A stretch of DNA of 63,137 bases, counting the filler, from Octopus bimaculoides (lineage: Eukaryota), in the NCBI RefSeq assembly GCF_001194135.2. It is 3 parts of 3 records of this genome, joined end to end, with 100 filler letters (N's around TTAATTAATTAA, not from the genome) between each part and the next. Parts side by side here need not be neighbours in the genome. Positions count along the whole stretch, not along the records: positions 20,308 to 49,383 come from NC_068984.1; 2 more parts are not named here. One strand, 5' to 3'. A program made the translations under genes and the position numbers. Positions 25,825-36,000 of this stretch are shown piece after piece (the first letter of the stretch is position 1; every line of letters begins with the position of its first letter). The notes below the pieces were generated by a model. That model saw nothing but the letters and a program-made list of their open reading frames with translations. It did no database searches and was not told the DNA's origin.

Positions 25825-28800
25825 GTGAGTATGCCGTGTTTCACTTTTCTTTAACATTTCTATAGACATGTGCATATATGTGCATGCATGCATGCTTTTC
25901 TCAGTAATCATGTGCATGCACGTACATATGTGTTCTACAGACTTATTATGCATGTGTGTTTTCGATTTTACTGACCAAGAATCATTTGAAAGAACATACT
26001 AATCAACTAATTAGTTGCCGTAATTATTACATTTATTCTATTCTGATAATTCTTCACCTTTTATTGGTCTCTTTATTATTGGAATTTCGACTTTATTCTC
26101 TGTAGAATTTGTTTGTTCTTTGTCTTGTTCAATGTTAAACGATTGTGTTAATCACCAAAATCTTAGGAATGTCATGTCAACAGAAATTGATAGAAATATT
26201 AGTTTCTTCACATTACGCATTATTTGTCAGCTGGAATCGAAGATCAATGGCTTTGTGTAAAGTGTTAGGAATGTAAATAAAATGAAGATTTTCCATTGAG
26301 ATTTGAAACACTATACCCAACATAGTCTCAGCTTGATAAAAGCTCAGTTCTTGTCGTACTTAATATTGTGCACACTGTAGAAATGTGTGTTTATAATTTT
26401 AGATTGCTTAACACAGGATTACTTTTAGAAATGGGAGTATAATGTGATTAAACAGATACCAGTGTATTACTGGTACTTCTCTTTCCTGTCCTGGAGTACT
26501 TAGAATGAAGTGACTCGGATAGGATTGAACTGAACATTTAGATAGCAAATATAACTAGTTTTTCTTTCTTGCTTTTATTGAATACAAGACCAACTTTGTA
26601 GAATAGGAAAAGAATTTTCCCTCACTTTATAACTGGTATTTATTTAGTGACTAAGAAACTTTAAAATTTGTTTCTTAAAACACCAAAATGTCTTTCAAAG
26701 AACTAAGGTTGTTTTTTAGTCTTTAAAGAACAATTTTCTGGTTGTGAATTAAATCCAGTGGAAGACTAATGACTAAAGATCGTTAGTGTTTTAAAAATCA
26801 ATTAAAATATCGTCTTTTCTCACTCTTATTGTCTTGTCCATAGTTCTGCCTTTTTTCAGCCTCATTTCTTTCTAATAAAATGATTTATTTAGTTGCATAA
26901 ATACCATGTTGTTGTATATACACCCTGTAGTTATGTATGCATTGTAGAATTTTATATACCCTACTGTTGTATATGTGTGTATGTGTATATATATACATAT
27001 ATATACATACATACATAAACATGCACACAAGCCTAGTAGTTTTATCATAAATTACATTGTAACCTGTACTCCTCCTCCCTGTAATTTATCTAATTAATAA
27101 TAACTCTACCTCCTCCCTTCCATCTCACCTCTACAACTCCATATTGCCCTTTGTATAGGGCTTATTAATGCCCTAAACAAACATCTCCCTTGGGTTCACA
27201 TTTGTGTGCAAGAATATGACTAAGTTGTATTGTGTGTAGAGTGTCCCTAATGTGTACATACGTGTCTATAAATGTTGTGTTTGAGTGTGAAAAGGACTGA
27301 GTTGTAGTGTATTTGTGTGTGTTATATAAATGTTGTATGTGTGTGTATGGAAGTTGATTGAGCTGTGTTTGTGTTGTGAATACCTTTTTTTCTTTTTCTT
27401 CTTGTTGTCAGAGGGGTGCCTTCTGCCATCAAAGGTAATAAAATCTACTGTTGTACACTCTGATTCCTCTCCCATTGAAAAGAAAAAAAAAAAAGGAACA
27501 TCCTGAAAGATTCAGCCTTCCCTGCATCTACCCCTTCCATATAATTCTTCCTTGCATATAACCTTTTCTTGCAATATACCCCTTTCTCGCATCTACCCCT
27601 TACCATATGTTTTTTTTTAAGTCAACATTGAACAGAATCCTTTTCTCCCTCGCCTGTTTTTTTCCCTACCTTTTTTCTTTTTTTTTTTACTGAAATTTAA
27701 TATAATTTTACTGCAATTACTGAAGTTAATATTATTAGCTCCATTGCATTGCTGAAGATTGGGTTTTTGAGTTCATTTGTTTTCCAGTCAAAGCAAAAAT
27801 GTTTGATAGTCCCCTTCAGATTTTTACCACTTTTTTTCTATCTTAGTCAGTTTCTTTAGGTTGCCATAGTTACACCTGGTAAGTTAATAGTTTCCAAAGT
27901 AGAAGAATATTTCTGGGAGTGAGAGGTGTCAACAGTATCGACCAACCACAAATGGAATGGAATCTTTAACTTATCATCACAATGATGAGTAATGAATGCC
28001 ATAGACCAAAATATAAGACCGAAAACTAGAATTCCCTGCTTACATTTTCTTGTCTCTTGTAAACCTGACTACACCTTCATTCTCACAAACTTAATTCCCT
28101 GTGTAGTTGCCACAGTTAAACGGAATGTTTTGCCATTAAGTACTTTTAGACAGGAATGTGTGTGTGTGTGTGTGTATGTGTGTGAAAGAGAGAGAGAGAC
28201 AGAGAGAGAGAGTGTGTGTGTGTGTGTGTTTTCTAATCTTCTGTAATCTGGAGAACTTTATTTCATTTTTATCTAAATGAAATATCTTGACATGCATGTA
28301 CATCACCCCCCACCATCATCCACACCCTCACTTCCACCTCCACAAAGAAAAACCAACAAGGGCACCTCTGTGCAGTCATTCAAACTGCTAGACATAGCAG
28401 CCAAATCCACACCAATCACTCCATGCAGCCTTAAAAATGTAAGAACACTAATTCTAGCTGTAAAAGTCAGAATACTTTTAATTGAAGTTTCTGTTCTTGG
28501 TCAAGACTGACCTGGGGCAAACAACACAGTAACAACAGTAATCCCTTAATTCAGTGTTAATTTATAAAAATGGAGGCTGATTAATTTCCTCAATTAATAA
28601 AAAGATGTTTTTAATCCTTCTTAAGAAAGAATTATATTAGAAGCAGTTTATATTTTGTTTTTGGTGGTGGTGGTCAGATCTGGTTGTTAGTTTAGGAAAC
28701 ATTGCAATAACTGATAGACTCTTGGCTCCTCTGTCCCCACTTGCAACCCCCATCCACCGTCTTAGTTCCTCTGTCCCCTCTCACTTCTGTTCACCTCATA

Positions 28801-29309
28801 CTTTGAGGGTCCACCTGGACACTTAATCACCCTTATTTTTATTACTTTCCAGCTCCCTGATCTTTCTCTTCGAAAGTAGGGGTAGCAGTGTAATACCTTT
28901 GCAGCTAGGGGCCCATTCTGCTCTGGCCCCTTCCCCTCATACTTTAACCCTTCAGCCCCTACAAGCTGCATGGTAGCCTCACCAGAGTGGTATGCTCTGT
29001 AAAATGGCTGGCATTTGGAAGGGTGTTCAGCCATAGAAACCATGCCAAAGTAGGCACTGAAGCATGATGCAGTTCTTGGACAAGTTGGATCTTGTCAAAC
29101 CATCCAACTGGTGCCAATATGGAAGACGAATGTTAAGTGATGATGATGATGATGATGTGAATGGCTGAAGCTGACTAAATCTCCCTGACTACTACACTCT
29201 GTTCCCATATTGATGCCATGGCCACAACACGTTGTACAGTGTATAGAAAGGAGAGTCCTGAAAGATGAAAAGCTGCTACAGAGATGTAGACAGCTTATTC
29301 ACTGAAGGC

Positions 29310-29462
29310 ATTAGCTGTGAAGTAAGAAGCTTGCTTCCCAACTATATGGTTCTGGGTTCAATCCTACTGTGTGGCACCTTGGGTAAGTTTCTTCTACTCT
29401 AACCCTTGGGCCAACCAAAGCCTTGCGAGTGGATTTGGTAGATGGAAACTGAAAGAAGTCTG
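29310..29462 (+). mobile_element. SINE family B, 5' part (CpG-decayed)
   Basis: Same core; gatggaaactg replaces gacggaaactg. Confidence 0.75.
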
Positions 29463-29818
29463 TCATCATCATCATCATCATCATCGTTTAACGTCCGCTT
29501 TCCATGCTAGCATGGGTTGGACGATTTGACTGAGGACTGGTGAAACCGGATGGCAACACCAGGCTCCAATCTAATTCGTATATATATATATATATATATT
29601 TGCCAGTACCGCCTGACTAGCTCCCATGCCACTGGCATGTAAAAAGCACCCACTACACTCTCAGAGTGGTTGGCGTTAGGAAGGGCATCTAGCTGTAGAA
29701 ACATTGCCAGATTAGATTGGAGCCTGGTGCAGCCTCCTGGCTTGCCAGACCCCAGTTGAATCGTCCAACCCATGCCAGCATGGATAATAGATGTTAAACA
29801 ATGATGATGATGATGATG
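29461..29818. mobile_element. Two family F repeats in inverted orientation around (TA)n
   Basis: + copy 29475-29577 (tttaacgtccgctttccatgctagcatgggttggacg...caccaggctccaatctaat); - copy 29600-29818. Confidence 0.85.
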
Positions 29819-29821
29819 AAC

Positions 29822-30140
29822 TCACCTGTCAAAGACAATGTATGAGGGTTCATCTTTTTTGCCAAACGACTTGCACGAATGATTTGTTTCTTTCTTTTAT
29901 AGTGATCAAAAGTATATGCTGCACATTAGCTCTCTCTCTCTCCCTCCTCCATCAAATTGACACATTGCCTGAACAGGTGCACACAGGTGTGCTGCACGTC
30001 AGGTGTTGAAGTGATTGCAGTGCAATGCGAGATGAAGTGTTTTGCTCAAGAACACAATGCATCACCGGGTCTAGGAATTGAAACCATGATCTCATGATTG
30101 TGGGTGCAACACCCTAACCACTAGGCCATATGTCCTCACC
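29822..30140 (-). mobile_element. SINE family E (CpG-decayed copy)
   Basis: Aligns along its length with 9800-10072. Confidence 0.8.
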
Positions 30141-30182
30141 ACATATATGTGTGTGTGTCCTTAGAAGCCATTTACCCAAGTG

Positions 30183-30213
<31 letters not shown>

Positions 30214-30539
30214 TAGATATTTCTCAGCATGTTGTTTATATTATGAAGAATTCCAAAATGTGACAGAAATGGAAAAGTTTCTGGAGAAATCAATGATTAA
30301 GTATAGAAAATAAATGTTTGTTTTTACCTGCCTTGGTTCTGCCATGTTTGTTGGAATTGTAACAAAAACGTTTTGTTGGAATAAGACAACTTATACACCT
30401 CCCAATCTTTTTATCTGCTAATTAGAGATAATGACTTGCTGAATCATTCACTTATGATTAGAGAAATATAAACGTGTCAGAAGTTGATTTGTCTTTCTGC
30501 AAAGTCACAATATTTGTAGTCCTTCAGTTTACATTGTAG

Positions 30540-30609
<70 letters not shown>

Positions 30610-30927
30610 AATCAACTGCTATCATTNNNNNNNNNNTTTCACCCTCCCCCACTTGTTGTTTTCTTTGTTTTGCTTCCACTTTCCATGTTGGCATAGGTTA
30701 GCTGGGTTGTTGCTACTCTTCAAGTAAATAATTACAAAACTAATTTCTTTGCTAATTTCTAGATTTCTTATAAATGTTATTGCACTTTATATTCTTAAAC
30801 TCGCATGTACACTCCGGTTTCTTGGACATATTCTTCTTACAAGCGGAAACACAGCCTTCTGGGTGGTTTTCTGCCAGCGACTGTAATGTTTGCTTGTATG
30901 GAACTCTTGTCATGTGCATATCTAACA

Positions 30928-31260
30928 ATCATCATCATCATTTAACGTCTGTTTTCCATGCTGGCATGGGTTGGACAGTTCGACTGGGGTCTGGGAAGCC
31001 AGGAGGCTGCACTAGGCCCCAATCTGATCTGGCGGTTTCTACAGCTGGATACCCTTCCTAACGCCAACCACTCTGAGAGTGTAGTGGGTGCTTTTTACGT
31101 GCCACTGGCAAAGGGGCAAGAACAGCTGACATCGACCACGATCAGATGGTGCTTTTTACATGCCACCAGCACTGAAGCCAGTCAAAGCGGCACTGGCATC
31201 GGCCATGTTGGGATGGTGCTTTTTACGTGCTACCGGCACGGGGCTCACAACTACAATTTC
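30928..31260 (+). mobile_element. Family F repeat
   Basis: catcatcatttaacgtc..ttccatgctggcatgggttggac...tttctacagctggatacccttcctaacgccaaccactc. Confidence 0.85.
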
Positions 31261-31879
31261 CATTTGATTTGATTTTGATGTTGATGTACTTGACTCAATA
31301 AGTCTCCTCAAGCACGGCATGTCGCTCCACGATCCAATGTACTTTTTAAATAGCCTGGTTATGCAACACTGATATAGGCTACAGCTGTGATCTCACTTTA
31401 TTTGCCGGGTCTTCTCAGTCACAGCATTCCACCGGAGGTCTCAGTCTTTCATCATTGCCTCTGTGAGGCCCAACGTTCAAAGGTCATTGCTTCACCACCT
31501 CATCCCATGTCTTCCTGGGTCTACCTCTACCCCAGATTCCTTCCACTGTTTGGGTTTGACATTTCTTCACACAGCTCTCCTCGTCCATCTGCAGTACATC
31601 ACCATACCAATGCAAACGTCTCTCTTGCACACCACATCCGATGCTTCTTATATAAAATACTGAAATGAAAAATGTCCAACTAACTTTGATGTGATAAATA
31701 AATATAATGAAAAGATTTTCACAAATATTCTCAAAGTATCTTAAAGAAAGACTTTGTAATCACATATTTTTAATAAAAACTACTGAACAAAGGTGATAAA
31801 GAGGAGAAAGAGAAAGATGTTGCAAAGAAAGAAAGTGATGGTGATAGAGTAAGTATTGAGGATTTGTAGGTGTGGGGTG

Positions 31880-32297
31880 TTTTACAGTTCTCTATTTAAG
31901 AGATGAGGGATTATTTACATTATTTACATTTCACGGATATTTGTCCTCATCTTCCAGCTGATAGACCCTCCAGCCTTCATCAGGTGTCTTGGAGAAATTT
32001 CGAACCTGAGTTCTCATTCCTAAGGCACTTTTCGTTGGCGGCGGCGATGATGTTGTTGTTGTAATATGGCGCAGTGGTTAAGAGCACAGGCTGTTAACCT
32101 CAAGTTTCCGAGTTCGATTCCAGGCAGTGACCTGAATAATAATAATAATAATATCGAAAAATACCTAAGGAATGAGAACCCAGGTTTGAAATTTCCCCAA
32201 GACACCTGATGAAGGCTGGAGGGTATATCAGCCGAAACATTGTGTTAACAACAAACAAGATGAGGACAAATATCTGTCAAATGTAAATAATGTAAAT
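31880..32297. mobile_element. tRNA-Asn-like headed SINE with hammerhead-bearing tail (+, 32063-32297) plus an inverted copy of the tail (31880-32035)
   Basis: A-box TGGCGCAGTGG (32067-77), GGCTGTTAACC anticodon-arm-like segment, B-box GAGTTCGATTCC (32110-21); the tail at 32155-32297 is the reverse complement of 31911-32035. Confidence 0.75.
32201..32246 (+). ncRNA. Minimal type I hammerhead ribozyme motif (probably inactivated)
   Basis: ACAC-CTGATGA-A-GGCTG(loop)CAGCC-GAA-ACAT-T-GTGT: stem I ACAC/GTGT, 5-bp stem II, complete core. The stem III palindrome reads ACAT where ACGT is expected. Confidence 0.65.
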
Positions 32298-32969
32298 ATG
32301 TGGAATTTTGTTATGCAACCATTATGTACTATAAGATATATTAAATGTTTTTTTATGAGTCAACACCATGTTCTGCTGTGTTAGCAGTGCTCTACTCATT
32401 ATTTTGTTAAGGTTTTTTCTACAGAAATTATAACTAGCACTGGTTTTTGTTATAATGCTTCGTATCAAGACATCAGATGTAAACAGACAATAAGGTCGGA
32501 GACAAAAATGGGTAATGAGTGTATATGCCATATTTCGGTGGATTGGTTGTTTGTGGGGTTTCGTTTCCCCTTCATCAACACACATCTAACCCATTTAATG
32601 TACTTTATAGTATGTTATGGTGGTATAACGAAATACCATGTACTTACAAATCAGTAATATTTACGTACCAGCTCCAGGAATGCATTTAATATGTAAACTA
32701 GTATATGCAATAGCTTAACACCACTGTACCAGGTGGCTATATAAGCGATGTGTTTGGAGATGAGAATGGATTAGATGGGTGCTGATGAAGGGGCGAAGCC
32801 CCCTGAAGCATGGCATATACCAAATCCTCACAATCTCAAATTTTACTGGATTGTAGTTTTCCAACTTTTCTTCTGCTTTCTTCTGTCTATCATCATCATC
32901 ATCATCATTATAATTGTATTTATTTTTATCTGTTGTAGATTTCTGCTAACCGTTGAAGAGAATACCATT

Positions 32970-33077
32970 ATGTCTCTGGAACTGCAACAGAATGTTGAAG
33001 AGATCATAGACTTTGCAAAGCAACAGCAGACAGAACTGCATGGACTGTTAGTTGCTCTGCAAGAAGCCAAAGATCAG
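32970..33077 (+). CDS. CRLF3: CRLF3 coding exon 1 (MSLELQQNVEEIIDFAKQQQTELHGLLVALQEAKDQ); exon begins at 32939
   Basis: Acceptor tgttgtAG at 32937-38, ATG 32970, donor CAG|gtacaa at 33078; helical coiled-coil-like peptide. Confidence 0.85.
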
Positions 33078-36000
33078 GTACAAAGAGCATTGATGCTTAC
33101 CAATTTCTCTTCCATTCTCTTTGTCTTTTAATGTTTGCATTTTTAAAAATTTTCAATTCAAGATTTCTCTTGGAATTATTCTCCCTCACCAAAGTCCTGC
33201 AAGCAGACAGAGGTATTTTTTAGAAATACTCTGACTTTTCATCCAAGGATGTTGCCTTCTCATCTCTCTCTCTCTCTCTAATGGCCTCTGTTCCATATAG
33301 CTCGTTACTCTCATGCCATCTCCCACTTGGCCTACCCACCTCCTATCATCACCCACATTGTGTTCACCCCTTTCTTCCTCTCCCAGGCCCCGCATTTAAT
33401 AATTCTCCCTAATATTTTCTCCCCAAAGCATCTTCCCTATGGAATTCTCTGGAAGCATGTCTTTATTGCACTTGTTGATTTGCAACATTAAGTGCAACAT
33501 CAATCCTCATCAGTCTTGGAGAATTAATGGCATCAGTTTTCACAAATCTTGGAGCATTAATGGCATCAATCCTCAGCAGTCTTAGGGAATTAATGGCATC
33601 AGTCCTCACTAGTCTTGTGGAGATGCTATACAAAGGCCAGGGGCTCTGTCCATTCAGACAAAACTAATAAATATAAAAAACAATAGAAACAGCTTAATTT
33701 AATTACAAACTCCTTAATTTAATTACACACACTTTTGAGTTTAATTTGTTTTTGTTAATTACTAATTAGCATATCTCTGTGATAAGACAGAATCCCATGG
33801 CCTCAGATTCAATCATTTTGTGAGGGAATCTTCTGAAGAGGAATTATGTTGAAGCTGGTCTCTTGTGCTGTGCCTGATTTGTTAACTGGGAGACACAATT
33901 TGTTCCGTAGTTTAATACCATCATTTGGCCCCTCTAGCACCTTTAATGGAGTCCACTCTGTTGCAGGAATTCAGGCCAACACATAGACTTCCTTTCTTGA
34001 CCCCATTAATATTGGAGGCCCTGTAAAATGATCGGGTGACTGACCTTCCTTTCATGAACGATTAAAAAAAATTGAAGTTTCTGTATTTTACTGGGACACT
34101 GTTGTATCCTACAACACATGCCTGATGGAGTTGCAGTCTGACCAAATAGTTAAGGAGCTCCCACGTTTGTTCCCACTGCATGGCATCGTCCTCGTCGTCA
34201 TTCTTTAAAATCTGTGTTTCATGCTGGTATCAGGATCTGCCATACCACTTACATACCACTTTTACAGGGTGTACTGGGTTTTTTTTCTTTTTTTTGTAGC
34301 ACCATGACTAGTGAGGTTGTCATGCAGCTTGTTAGATTAACATTGCCTTTGAGTGAATGGGCCACAGTAAAGAGGGAACTGGCTTTATGAGCCAGGAGAT
34401 GAGGAGTTAAAAGTGTGAGAGAAGGGTTCAGAACAGTTTTCTTTCTGTAGAGAAGCCACATGACTGCTCACATTAAAGGAAAGGATGGGAGTGAGTGGGG
34501 TGGAGCTGGAAAAGAGAGATAAAAATTGAGGTGATGAGGTGTGAGGGTGGGACCTGAAGATATGGGAAGAATGAAAGGGAGTGTGGGTGAGAAGTTGCAA
34601 GCATGTATGGGAAGACGAGAGATGGAGAAGTGGTAAAAGGGTGTAAATGAATGAAGAACAAACGTTGGAGGATTGTAAATATCTGTTGGAGGACGAAGAA
34701 GGTGACCAGCTGTGGAGATCAGGTAGGGTAGAAAGCTGGGTTTAGTGAGTGTTGAACAAAAGGTGTGGATGACCCATGATACATATAAGTTGGGTAGGGG
34801 AAGTAGGGGAAGTAGGGGAGATCTTCAACAATTATTCAATTATTCTAGCTTAGCCTGGCTTCTGCAATCTCATTAGGAAATCATGTAACAGTTCCTCTTT
34901 CTTTGTTTCTCTCTAGATTACTTCCAGTGGAGCAAAATCTCGCAATCAACTTAATAAACATTTTGAAAGTTTAAAAACGGAATTGAATGCTGCACTGGAC
35001 AATAGATTGTCAGAATTGTTGTGTCAGGTGGACAAAATTGAACAGACATCTCTTCCTCCTCTTGATGAATGTAAAGATCTCATTAACCAAGGAATCTCCA
35101 AAGTCAACCGTATTATTGAAGAAGGTAAGATCAAAAGCTTTTAGTAATTTTTTGAATTAGAAATAATTAGAATTGTTGTATGGGTTGCAGTTATTGGACA
35201 GAGCCAGTCATCTTTGATAGACATGCAGTGGGACAACCAGTAAATATGGTTCCTTAACAAGAATCAGGGTGCGGCAGGGTGGTTTTGTAAGGCTTTGTTT
35301 TTATGTATGAAAGAAACCATCCCCATCTCCATGCTATAAACACCAGAAGAATGGAACTGAACACAAGAATTTATGAATTCAAAGAAATACTAATTATTTC
35401 ATCTTTGCAAGATGTGAAGTTAGAATTGTAAACTAGACTCTTAGAAGAATAGACATGATTTTATTTAAATTTTAGTCTTGAGACAAGGAATCGTAATTTG
35501 GGAACGTCTACAAAAGTAGATGTTCCCAAACTTGGGAGACAGACACAATTGGTGTTTATGTTGATTTTTGTGGGAAATTGAGGGTTGGTTTGGTGGGATG
35601 GGAGTGGGTTGTAATTTTAGGGATAAAAGTTTGATTGAAGTTGTATCTTGAGAGGGTCATTACGCCAATAATGAAGTGTTTCAGGTGAATTTTTCTTTTT
35701 GCAGAGGAATGCAACAGTTGGGGTGAGATGTTAAATACAAAAAAGTTCAAGAAAGTAAGAGAAGCAAATAGATTGGGTTGAATGGTGGTGTCTGTAGCTT
35801 GGATAAGAATGGTGCAGGGTTTCCTAGTTCTGTAATATTGTTTGAAGAGACAGAAGTTAGGAATCCCAGAGAAAGTAAAATTGTAAAATAGATTTCAATC
35901 TTGCTGACAAAAAGGTATGATTTCATGACCTGTATGGAAAGGAATCCATTTAGAAGAGCAGCCATCTTGGAATTGTAGCTGATTTAGAAAGGAGGGGACA

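Noticed and set aside
32063-32133. Possible tRNA-Asn(GTT) gene
   Set aside because: The anticodon arm and boxes are tRNA-like, but the acceptor and T stems do not pair properly and the sequence continues into a repeat tail; treated as a SINE head.
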